From the NCBI GenBank assembly GCA_951406725.2, contig OX597815.1, positions 89,094,001 through 89,158,000 on the forward strand: DNA of 64,000 nucleotides, given 5' to 3'. Position numbers and translations under genes: made by a program. The notes under the pieces are model-generated. The model searched no databases, was not told the DNA's origin, and was given only the letters and a program-made list of their open reading frames with translations. Shown one piece after another: positions 12,443-24,437 of the stretch (positions are counted from its first letter, which is position 1; the number at the start of each line of letters is the position of its first letter). This stretch comes from Octopus vulgaris. Taxonomy: Eukaryota.

Positions 12443-12865
12443 CCACATTGGTGGATAGAATTTCTTTATTTGTGTATTAAGGCTACCATTGGCTTCATGT
12501 TAAAACATCTTAATATCTTTACAATTTTTCGATTACATGGAGGTATGGTGTTTGTTTCTATATTGAGGGAAAACGCAAAAATGGAACTTAGTGCAAGTAG
12601 CAAGAAAACACCCGACTGTTTTTATAACAATAATCTATATCTAGTATATATATATATGTGTGTGTGTGTGTATGTGTGTGTGTGTGCGTGAGCGTGCATA
12701 CTGTAGTCCTATGTCAACGGTACTTCTAGTTCTGATTATTCAAATTTTCTTTCCTCCTTTCCACATCGACTACCGTGTTTACTGTTTCCATATTTTTAAT
12801 GATGTAGGATATAGTTTGTAGGTAATTTCGTTTTTATTTCTGTCTGGGCTTAGTGTAAAACCTAC

Positions 12866-12955
12866 CCTCATTGGCTACAATCAGTGTCTGGAGCTGAATG
12901 TAGCACGTTGTAATTGTGGAGACCGTCATTTTTGTGTCATTTAATGAGTGTCTCT
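12866..12955 (-). CDS. Candidate exon (phase 1-1)
   Basis: gacattttgtAG...G|GTAGGT; 90 nt; RHSLNDTKMTVSTITTCYIQLQTLIVANE. Confidence 0.35.
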
Positions 12956-14050
12956 CTACAAAATGTCACATAAAATGCGTAGATATAATTTGTTTTACAA
13001 TCACTAATTAAGTATCTTTATCTTATGTCGAATCCACTTTGAAGTGATGAAACAGTGTTCGAGAACTTCACTCATAAAAGAAAGGGAACTTAGCACAAGC
13101 AGTAGGAAAACACCTGTTCATTCCTATAGCAATAAGCTATATCTAGTAATATATTTGTTTATAGATATTACAAAATCGGCGACGTTGGCAGTTTGCTACA
13201 CCACAATATTGATTCTTGGATACAAGCTACCGGAAAAGTTTCGTTTTACTTGCTTAAACAGTGTTACTGGCACGTTAAGAAGAGTATGCAAGCAAACATC
13301 GTCGCATATGGATTATATTTATGATACGGATAAAACTATTGTATTTTGAACTATAAATCTGCACCATTAAGTTAGAAAGTTTAATAGGTTCTATAAAGCT
13401 ATCTACATCTAATTATTTCGCTTCGTCAAGACACTGATAAATTCTTATACACAGACTGCGACTTACTTTCAATTTTCAAATTAGAATTATTATCTTAGAG
13501 AATCTAGTCGAATAAATTAGATGGAAACGTTTCAGAATTCCTTCCTCATATAGAAAGTTTGCAAATGATGTTAGTAATAGGACATTAAATATGCATTTAT
13601 TACATGCCAACAAACATTGCATCACTCTTTCCTGCAATCCTTGGTACGTGGCAAGAGTGGCGTAGTATTTATGGACCAAAATTAAAGCACATTCAAACGC
13701 AAACTAACTGTAATACCCAAGTGGATATCAGGATTAAGAGTTTTTGCATTGTAAGATGCGAATTTTCCTTTGGTTTCTTGATTTCTATTATATTACAATT
13801 TAATTTGGTTGACGTATTAGAAAGTTGTTCAGAAATATGGAAGACTGCAGCTAAGCAAGCTTCAAGCGCTGGAAGAATCTATTCAATATTGTTCATCTAA
13901 CAAAGATAAGGAGACAAAGTCTTAGATACATAAGAAGAGGTAAATGGATAGATAGAGAAAGTGTGAGAGAGAAGGGGAGAAGAAAAGAAAGATTAAGATC
14001 ACCGATTTAACTCTATTTTGGTTTGTTTCCGAGAAACTTGATTTGTCAAC

Positions 14051-14149
14051 CGAAACATCCTCTAAGTAGTTCGGAACTTGAGTAATGGAAAGATGGTAAT
14101 AGATTCTCAACGAACCAATAGGTTTCATTTGAATTCTGGATATCCTGTC
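14051..14149 (-). CDS. Candidate exon (phase 1-1), FnIII-like motif
   Basis: ttttaatttacAG acceptor, weak donor GTTGAC; QDIQNSNETYWFVENLLPSFHY; a second frame is also open. Confidence 0.3.
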
Positions 14150-14521
14150 CTGTAAATTAAAATCTACGTCTAGAACATTATAGAAGTTGTTAGTAATAAT
14201 ATATGCAGAGAACTTTCGTATCAGAGAAAATTTCTCTACCCACCACTTACATGATTTGCCGAATATTAAAAATGTTGACGAGCGCTGTACAATGTATTCT
14301 AAATTTTCAGAAATCTATGTTTGTAGCCGACGTTTGCTTCCATTAATAGTTTGTTCGCTTCGCTTATTTCATTAATACTTTTAAGAAAGTCAGAAGGTTG
14401 TAGTAGCCTGTATTTCAGCTTTTTCGAGATATCTACAGGGTACTAACGCAAAAGATCAGAGCTTGGCTGTACGATGAACGTCATACCTAAAAAATATGGA
14501 TTGCTCATAATATACGCCATA

Positions 14522-15810
14522 CGAAGGGCGTTCAATAAGTAATGCCCCTGACCCACTTCCCATAGCAGTAGAGCAACGAAACTTGGCACAGTTATTAGTC
14601 TTTTTCTCCATGGGAATCACCCAGAGTTACACATTTCTCCCATTGTTTGATGCAGCTCTGAAGACCGTTTTTGTAGAAGACCCAAGCTTGGTCCTCCAAC
14701 CACGACGTGACTTCAGAAATCAAGGCTGCATCATCTGGGAAACGCTTTCCTTTCAAAAACAACTTCATGGCTGGGAAGAGGTGAAAATCAGAGGGTGCAG
14801 GTCAGGAGAGTAGGGAGAATGGGGGATGAGTTTATAGCCGCACGCCTGTGCTTCTAATCTGGCGACACGCGAGTTGTGGATCGGAGCGTTGTCCTGCAGG
14901 AGGAGGATGCCTTTGCTGATCTTGCCCCGCCTCTTGATTTTGATAGCTTCTCTTAATTTCCTCAAAAGTGAAGCATAATAGACTCCTGTAATTGTGACAC
15001 CCTTTGCCAAGAAATCTGTCATCACTACTCCGTCCTGGTCCCAGAAGACTGTGAGCATGACCTTGCCAGCGGAGGGCTGTACCCTTGCCTTCTTTGGAGG
15101 AGGTGAGTCACGGTGCTTCCACTGCATTGACTGGGCTTTGGTCTCTGGATCATAGTGATGGACCCAGGTTTCATCCTGCGTAATCAGTCTTTTGAAAAAT
15201 TTTGACTCATCTTCTTGGCACATCTTCAAATTCATCCTCGCAATCGACGCGTTCTTGCTTCTGGAAAGGTGTGAGCAGCCTGGGAATCCATCTGGCAGAC
15301 ACCTTTTGCATATGCAAATGGTTATGAATGATAGTTTCCACAGACCCGGTACTAATCTTGACCTCATGGGTTATTTAGCGAATAGTTATGCGTCGATCTT
15401 CCAAAATGGCAGCCTCAACTTGACGGACAGATGCCTCATCAATGGCAGAAGGGGGCGACCAGATCTGGGAGCTGTTTCCACAAAGTTCCGACTATGTTTG
15501 AATTAACGATGCCAGCGTTTTACAAGGTCATATGATGGGGCATCATCACCATAAGTTACTTTTATTTCATCAAAAGACTCCCGTGATGTGCGTCCTTTCA
15601 AATACAAAAACCGCATCACTGCTCGACACTCAACAGGCTCTGTTTCACACTTGACTCAGTTCAAATACCTGTAAATCAGAAACCACAATTAGTTCAGACC
15701 TGTAAGTTGCCACATAATCTATAGAGATATGAATAATTGCACATGCAAAATTTCAGCTAGATCAAACAACTGTAAGTGGGTCAGAGGCATTACTTATTGA
15801 ACGCCCCTCG
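14522..15810 (-). mobile_element. Full-length mariner transposon with disrupted transposase
   Basis: ~37-bp TIRs cgaagggcgttcaataagtaatgcccctgacccactt, TA TSD, 1289 bp; ORF 14765-15367 has TQDETWVHHYDP, LQDNAPIH, HSPYSPDL; frameshifts. Confidence 0.97.
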
Positions 15811-15812
15811 TA

Positions 15813-16112
15813 AATACTAGTCTTAAAATCCGATCTTGCACTCTGCAATTTTTTTCTGTTCCCCTGAATGAAAGCAAATTCTTAAAGGAAAACGTTGTGC
15901 AGATGTGGAAAAGGTGAAGTAGAAAACGACGGAGACGTTAAAAGGCATTACTTCGCAAGAGTTCCAGGACTGCTTCGAACAGTGAGCAACGCATCTGTCC
16001 CGATGCATTGCTTCAAATGGAGAATACTTTGAAAGCGATAAAAGTGTAAACATGTAAAACTAAGTGAATGAAATAATATTGCAAAATTCTAGTTCTTTTG
16101 GGTACCCCCTCG
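15813..16112 (+). mobile_element. 3' remnant of an older mariner
   Basis: PDLALCNFFLFP..LKGKRCADVE-like coding remnant; ends ttttgggtaccccctcg-TA. Confidence 0.8.
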
Positions 16113-16914
16113 TATCATATATATGTGAATAGTTGTGTGTTTATGCATACGTGCAGACATAGTTTTTGCTAAATCATAAGGGTTCCTTGAAATCCAAGGA
16201 AATCCATTATTTTGGAATCCCCGCCACCGTCACCATCACTCCAGTGATCACTATTACAGTTCTCCCTCCACTTTTTTAAACAGAAAATTAAACATAATTT
16301 TTTTTTCCAACTCCTACAGCAAAAAACAAAATTTAGAAACAATACTGAAACCATATTCACCCTGTATTTTTTCAGCAACACAAACTGTTACATATAACCT
16401 TGGTATATATAACATGCAATACTTTCGCAAACTTTATCTTCTATCATTTTTTCTTTCAGTCTTTCAAGACCTTTTCTCTCTGACTTTCAGACTTTAATTT
16501 CTCTCCGAGTCTTTGCAAATGAATAATATCAGTAACAATAATAATGTTATAATATTTATTAGTCAGTGAGGTTGTGGATTTGATAGATACGAACATTTAT
16601 GGTTTTACGAAGTAAAACATACAAGTTATTTTTCTCATTCGGTGTGTGTGCTTGGTGGCACATCGTTTTTAGGAGCGAAGTACAAAACGGAAACTTGGAG
16701 AAGTCCATTCTCGGAGACCCGCATCATCTTGAAGTGTGTGGTGAAAAAAAGAATGCAAAATCCCCATGATAACGGAGAAAATTTAACTTACGCGAGCGAA
16801 CTATTCCAGAAGTCCGCCAATTTTCCCCCCAAAAGTTCCCCCCCCCCCCCATCATTTTGAAATGCATGGTTAAAAAAGAATTGGAAAATGCCCTGTCAAA
16901 ACGAAAAAAATCCA

Positions 16915-17950
16915 AATCATGTGGGCTAGCTTTCCCAGACCTCCATCCATCCCTTTGCCTCGCTATTATGATAGTGGAGAAATCATCATTACAATATCGT
17001 CGGTATTACAACACGGCGTTGGACGGTGTAGCTTTGTACAAATGTTCCTTGACCCTAAAGTGACGGCGTCTACTGATCGATCCTACTTATGCTTCCCTGC
17101 AGGAACACTTCCTCAGGCACACCACGTAAGATTTAAAACATAACCAAGTGTTGTCCGTTGGTTGGGTTTTATGTATTGGACATTGATTTAGGCTATTGTT
17201 TCTCAACCATTTTTTATCTACTTGACTCATATTTTATTCGATGTGTAAAAAGTCCTATTATATTTTTATAATTATTTTTTTTTAAGAAATTGTATTTAAA
17301 AAATTGTTAAAATATTTTGTGCATTGCAGAAGTATAACGAATTTATTGCGGATGAATTTTAACAAAATCTGATACGAACCTTCAAGTGCCGTATGGATCT
17401 CGGTTGAGTACCACTGACTTAAGCAGCATGCATCTGTTGCGTTGGTGTGTGCGAAATGGTGCTTGTTCGTGTGACGAACTCAGATCTCTTGATGTTGTTT
17501 CTTAACTGGTTCTCCACCGTCTCCCAGTAGTAGGGTAGGTCAACGTAGAACCAGTGTTCATTCTTCCTTCTGTCGGTTTGCTCTCTGTTCTTTTTATTAA
17601 TGTTGCCGTTCCTTCCGCCGTTTACTTTTGCGGTGACAGGCCAGTTAATGTCATTGCTGTCGCTGTTAGCATTGTTTTCGCTGTTTTAGTTGTGGCCGTG
17701 GTTGCTGTTGTTGTAGTTGTGGTTGTTATTGTAGTCGTTGCTGTTGTCGCTGTGGTTGTTGTTACTGTCGTGGTACTTTATGTTGTTGTTGCTGTTGCTG
17801 TCGTTGTTGTTATCGTTGTCCTCACCAACTAATCGGGCGTTGTCGCCAGGGTTGTTGTTGTTATTGTTGCTGTGGTGGTTGTTATCTGTGTTGGTTTTAC
17901 TAGTATCTGTTCTTACAATACGAGGACTTGATAATCTTGTAGTCGGCATT
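16915..17950 (-). mobile_element. Degraded Penelope-like fragment (Asn-rich linker + GIY-YIG)
   Basis: Manual translation: WFYVDLPYYWETVENQLRNNIKR and KCSCREA*VGSISRRRHFRVKEH..SNAVL. Confidence 0.7.
17194..17416. mobile_element. hAT-type MITE nested in the PLE fragment
   Basis: TIRs tattgtttctcaacc / ggttgagtaccactg; diverged 8-bp TSD atttaggc / acttaagc. Confidence 0.7.
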
Positions 17951-18025
17951 GATTTCTCTTACTTGTTTATTATCAAGTAGCACACACACACTTTTATATA
18001 TATATATATATACACATATATACAC

Positions 18026-18079
<54 letters not shown>

Positions 18080-18274
18080 TGGAGACAGACAGAGGCAGAG
18101 AGTGAAACAGAGAGGTGGAGTATAGCCATTGTTAAACACAGACGTACCCACATATATGCGTACGTAATTCTAATATTTTAGAATTTTACTATTTACTTTC
18201 CCTCTTTTCATAACTAAATTATATAATCCATTTATGTCAAGCTTGCAGTATAACCCAATTCATATTATCTCTAC

Positions 18275-18439
18275 TTAAATATGAAAATTTGTTGTATGGT
18301 CAGAATTATCAGAGGTATGGGAACTATAATGAAATACAACGGTGTAGGAAGAGCCAAAGTCGTATGAATCGAGAAATATTACCAAATATCTTTTCATGTA
18401 CAAATGATTAGCTGTTGTATTTAATGGTGTATACACTTC
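18275..18439 (-). pseudogene. REJ-module-like exon remnant
   Basis: EVYTPLNTTANHLYMKRYLVIFLDSYDFGSSYTVVFH resembles LVIxxxxLxxGxxYxF of REJ domains; ends in TAA. Confidence 0.3.
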
Positions 18440-20143
18440 CTATATAGTACTACTTACAAAGAATCCAAGTATGAGATATCGATAATAATTTACACAATAA
18501 TTAAATTAGTAGCTTTTAGATTCATCTTCATAATTACCAATCTTTCATCGACAGCATCAGTGGAATGCAAATAATGCTTCTGATAAGCTATGTAATAAAT
18601 TTATGAAAATTTAATTATCACGACAAAGCAGCGTCGACATATTCGCTACATGCTGTGAAATACGCCCCATTGTGTCGCTTCTGATACTACAGTAAAAGGC
18701 AACGGTTTTGATATCAATATGTGAATGTATAATAAGTAATTAACTATCTTTTGTGAATTTTATTACAAATATTATATACCTTCACATATATATACTCATT
18801 CACACATACATACATAGGTATTAAATTTAATATATGATGATGTAGCAAGAGTTACACAATAGCCTAGATTTTTATGCCATGGCACTTGTTAGCCTTAGCA
18901 TGGAGATCTATTCTCTACAATAACTACAGCGACATTTTTATTCCTTTATCTATACTCTATTCTATGTATTGAGTTTTTTTCCGTTTCTAAAACAAAATGT
19001 TATATATATATATATATATATAAAACTTTTATCTTTTACTTCTTTCAGTCATTAGAACTGCTGATATTCTGGGGCGCATGTATATAGATATATGCATGTA
19101 TGTCTGTGTGTGCACATGTGTAAGGGTACTTATATTTGTATACACAGACATACATGCATATACTTACCTACTAGCCTACCAACTTACTTACATACGTATA
19201 TATATATATATATTGATAATATATTATTATTAATATTAGGAAATCAATATCAAAACTCCTCATGAAGATATACACATGTGAAAAGTAATTTTTGTATTAA
19301 AAATATATAAATAAATAAATATAAACATGTATAAAATATATATGTAAGTATGTATAAGTATAAATATATAATGTCTATGACAGTTTAAAAGCTTTGAATT
19401 AATTATTGAAAAGGCAATTGTAGAAGATTTAATGCAATATACAAATGCAGTTACATTAATTAATAATTCACAAAGTAACGTATATATAGGTAGTTCCGTT
19501 AATTTTAAGCAAATATTTTTAGCGCATATACACGCCTTCAAGCCAAATACAGTCACTAATACGACGTCATTAGATACATATATACATAAACTACAGAAAA
19601 ACAAAATTAACTATAAATTGGAATGGTATATAATAGATTCAGTCATACCATACACGCATAAATCTAATAGTTGCCGTCCTGGTATGAAAGAATCACTGTA
19701 TATATTATTATATAAACATAAGAACTTAATAAATTGTCAATCAGGAGCATTTTCAACATGTAGTCATAGGTTTTATGAAACTTTTAAATATTATAGGAAA
19801 TCTAATAAACATTTGGATTAATAAATATATATAGATTCTTCGATTTTTGTGATATTAAAATATAGGGTGATACTTACAAATAGATAGATAGATAAACTGA
19901 TTAGAATTATTGAACTATAAGTAAATTTACAAGACATAAATTATAAATTATACATTAAATAAAGATTGAATAGATATTCTTGGAATTAGAACCCGGGTAC
20001 ATCTAATCAATAACAAATGGACAGTTATAATTGCATTAAATTTAAAAATCTAAAATTTTAATTGGCATCTTCCAATTACAGAAATAAAAATATAAAAGAA
20101 ATAAAAGAAATATTTTGACCAGTTAATAATTTTACAACTACAC

Positions 20144-22188
20144 TTAGGCCTGAGGAGGTGATTGAGGCTATGTCAGACTGCGCCGCGGGTAGGGCGCCGG
20201 GACTGGACGGTCTACCCTATGAGTTGTATAAGAATATGCCAGACTTGTTCGGGCACCTGCTGGCGAATGTCTACGCGAACTGGCAGCAGAACGTGTTTAT
20301 TCCCAGATCTGTGCACCGGGGAGTGGTAACGCTTGTCAGAAAGGACCCGGACAAAGGGGAGTCTGTTGATAATTTTCTGCCCATCACTCTGCTAAACGCA
20401 GAGTTAAAGATTTTGGCCAAAGTGTTATCGAAAAGATTGGCGCATGTCGTGGATGGTCTGATCGGGGAGGCACAGGCATGTGCCGTTCGCGGCAGGACCA
20501 TCCAGGATAATCTCCATCTTATGCGGTACATTTAGATGGGTTTAATAGTGATTCTGGCAAGGGTGGGGCACTGGTCCATTTAGACCAATCTAAGGCATTT
20601 GATAGGGTTGACCATCGCGACCTGGTGTCCGTTCTGGCACAGTTCGACCTGGGTTTTGGCTTCCTCAGGTGGACCATTCAGATTTATGACAACGTCGACT
20701 CGATAGTTCGGGTGAACAGCTTCTTATCAAGGGCGTTCAACATCAAACGCTCGGTTCGTCAAGAGTGTCCGCTCTCCCCGCTTTTGTACGTGATGGCTCC
20801 TGAGCCATTACTGCGAAAATTGAGGGGCATCCCGAGACAGCCAGGTTGTGGAAAGTCGGTTTCAGCTTACGCGGATGACATCGACATGGATCACCTACAG
20901 AGGGTAGGCAAAGCCATTAAGTTTTACGAGACGGTAGCAGGAGCAAAGGTTAATCGTGAAAAGTCAGTCGGCTTGCAGCTCGGCACCCGAAGAGGCAAGT
21001 CGATGCCTTCTGACAGCGTCGTAGGACATTGGACGGAGGGTCCGATTAAGTTGCTTGGAGTTTGGTTTGGACCAGACCTCCAAATAGAGAAGAACTGGGC
21101 CGAGGTATCGAGCAGGGTGAACCACAGTCAAGGCGTGGTCTTGGCGGTGGCTATCCCTGAAAGGGAGGGCGGAGGTAGCCAATGTGTTCATCGCATCAGT
21201 CATCACTTACCGCCTAACTATCGTTCCTTGCCTTGATTCGTGGTTGAACAAACTGGAAATACATCTATTCCACGTTTTGCAGAAGAGCTCGAAACCTCTT
21301 GTGAAACGCTCTACTTGCTGCCAACAATCGTTAAAGGGTGTGGGCTAGGGATGCCTTGGCTGTTGATGCGCAGACGTGCTCTGAGGTTGAGGCATCTGTG
21401 GCTTTACCTGGATGTGGTCTCCGCTGGCGAAACGGATGTTTCCCAGGTTCACTAGTTTAAGTGGACGGGAATCCTGGTTCTATCGAAGATCGAAGCTGGG
21501 TACATGGCTTACAAAGAGTATCAAGGCTCTCCTGCTATTCCGTCGCTCGGGCAATGCCTGCGGTGGGGGTTCCACCGCATTCTTTTATAGAGGGCTCTTA
21601 GAGGCGGAATGTGACGATACTTTAGGATAAATCCTAGATCTCGACGATAATCAGCTGGCCAGTCTGTTCAAACGTACATTCGGGCCGAAGACCCTGGACA
21701 TCTTTCAGAAGTCTCTGGCATGGTACTGTTACAGAGGAGCCTTCCCTGTTCGGGACAAGCTCACAAGGCATGGTGGCTGTGGCTCTTCGACCTGTCCAAG
21801 ATGCAAACAGGATAGGGAAACTGCCTCGCATGCTATTGTTCAATGTTCGGAGGTGTCAGATGTGTGGGTTTATGCTGAAAAAATGTTGTCAAGTGCAGGA
21901 AGTGTACAGCTATCGACTGAGTCTATAGTAAAAATTGACCCTCCTGATTTCCTTTCGATGTAACTCGGCTATCAGTGGCGATGCGGGGCTCGTGGGTCCG
22001 AATTAAACACGCCCCCACTCCATCCATAATGTCTTCCGGTCTGTCCTACAATTCTATTTTATTTTATTTTATTATTTTTTGTAAACTTTTTAATGTAATT
22101 TTTTTTTGTATAATCATTCGCTCATCTGACCCCCAAATCAGATTGTATTGTCCCCTCTTCGTTGGCCCCTTGTGGGTTATAAAAAATC
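20144..22188 (+). mobile_element. L1/Tx1-clade LINE, 5'-truncated ORF2 (RT) plus 3' UTR, pseudogenised
   Basis: APGLDGLPYELYK, PITLLNAELKILAK, LDQSKAFDRVDH, VRQECPLSPLLY, AYADD, C-terminal CPRC..H..C; stops and frameshifts. Confidence 0.92.
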
Positions 22189-22204
22189 AATTTTGCATCT
22201 ACAC

Positions 22205-23886
22205 GTTGAAATTGGTTGTACTATTTGGTGAATTGGGAAAAAGTTGTTGATAAAACGCTTCGCGCGTGCTGCTTGCTGCTGCTTTGCTGTTCTTTTTTCC
22301 CATTTTTAGTGAAAGAGAGAGACGTAGTCTCTCCGTAATAGAGAGCTATGCGAAGGTCGCTGCGGCGAGAGGTGTCGCGTCACTGGTAACAAGGAATGTC
22401 CTGATTGATAAGGAAGAAGTTAAGAGACGTGAACAGTACGTGGGGAGGGAGGGAGAAAGCATTAAGCTGATCTCTCCGACAGAGGCAACAGAGGAAAAGA
22501 ACCTCAAAACGGTTGTGTATAGAAAGAAGGTGGAAAAAGAAAATTGGATGAATAACAGAGGAAAAAATTGAAGAGTGCCTTGGAGAAGTGATGGAAAAGA
22601 CAACCTACGTTGGCAAGGGGTAGCAATTCGGTACGGTTTGCCACAAAGGAAGAGGCGGCCTCGCACTCCACCACCATCCTAAGAACGGAAAGGATTGCAT
22701 TATTGCCCACCTACAGAGGAAGACGAAGCGTCAGGGTCAAAATTTCCACAGTGCCGCTGGAAATAAAAACGGAATGGCTGGTTGCAGCGAAACTGGCGTC
22801 TACAGTAGACGATCCCGAACTAGGTCCAGTAGGTGAAACAAATACGTTGAACTGGCGAGGATTCGGAGTCGAAATGTGGCTTGTCGCCACAGCTGAAGAC
22901 ATCGAGAGAATCCCCTTCCAGATCGAGATTGAGAATGAAATGACGTTAAACGTTGTAGTCGAGGGAAGGAGACCTAATTGCTATCTATGCGGAGTACGAG
23001 AACACATAAGGACAGAGTGTCCCTTATATAAATTTACACAAAGCAAAGAGACAACGGAAAAGGAACAAAAGAAAGTGGAAAAGAAAGAACAGATGCAGGA
23101 GAAAGTACAAACAGAAGCAGAACAATTAGTCAAGAAAGAGAAAGACAGCAAGAAAGACAACAAGAAGAGTGAAATGAAATAATCAAAAGAGGAGAGCAAA
23201 GGAGTTATTAGCCCCCAAAGTAGAGAGAGATGAGGATGAGGGAACACTCAAAAGAAAACAAAGGTAAGAGGATTTTTGAAGAAACAGAAGATGATCCGTA
23301 TAAATATTATGGATCATTTATAACATACAAAAGTTCTTATGAATTAGAGAAAAAAGATCGAAAATGAAGGGAATGAAAAGAGTAAAGCTGGGAGACAAAT
23401 ATGACGTAGATGATGTCGGTGTTTTAGTACATACGGAGAGTTACGTCAAATTCAAGGAGGTCTTCAAAAAGTACATAAAACTGGACAGTTGGTGTCGGTT
23501 ACTGGAATACAGACCTCCCATAATAGGATATGAGAATCTGAAAGGAAAAATGCATTATGTTGGAAATTCATTTATGAAAAAGGGGCAAAAACTGTCGAAA
23601 ATTCTTTTGTAATATTCATTTATGAAAAAAGAAAAAATTGTTTAAAAAATTCTATTGTAATTCATTTATGAAAATAGGAAAAAAAAACTGTCGAAATGTA
23701 ACCACTCGACTTCGGGGGTCGAGTGGGCATTGCGCTTCATTATTATATCTTTCATATTTCATTCGATTTTTAAAAATTTCTTCGTCTTAATTCATCCTCT
23801 TTTTGTATTTTAAGTTCCCCGAGTTTATGTTTGTATTGTTCGTATTGTCCAATCTATGTATAATCCCTTGTGGATAATAAAAAATC
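22205..23886 (+). mobile_element. ORF1-only (HAL1-like) non-autonomous retroelement
   Basis: SYAKVAA N-terminus; VEGRRPNCYLCGVREHIRTEC CCHC knuckle (22610-23182); no EN or RT; own 3' UTR with tail related to the upstream LINE. Confidence 0.75.
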
Positions 23887-24345
23887 AATTTTACAACTAC
23901 ACATATAATTTAAAATATAATTTGATTTTGTATTATGAACTATATTTGGATTACCGGATAATATAATGAATTTTATACAAAAGTATTATGGATTGCTATA
24001 GAGGAATTACCAAGACAAAATTATTATGGGTTGCTACGGAGGAATTACCAAGAAGACATACGAATTTTAAGAGTCTCATACTAAAGTATATACAAATTTC
24101 ATATTTCTAAACTAACTATATAAACTACATTTGGAATACAAGATAATATAACGGATTTTACATATGAATATTACGGATTATTGAAGAAGAATAACCAAGG
24201 AAGTATATATGGATTTAAAGATTTTCATCAAAAGTAGTAATTTTTAATTTTTAATTTATCTTTCAAACAAACACCATTTTATAGTTTTACTTCAATTTTT
24301 TTTAAAAAGCTACTATTCGACATATTATACAAAATTCAAATTTTA

Positions 24346-24437
24346 TATCTCTGAAGAGCAGAAGCGTTGTCTATAAATGCTTATCAATATAGGATTTCAT
24401 TATAGGGACAATTCTTCTGTGAAACGATCGTAAGATG
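24346..24437 (+). ncRNA. Type-I hammerhead ribozyme with extended stem II
   Basis: tatct-CTGAAGA-gcagaag...cttctgt-GAAA-C gatc G-TA-agatg; canonical core. Confidence 0.8.
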
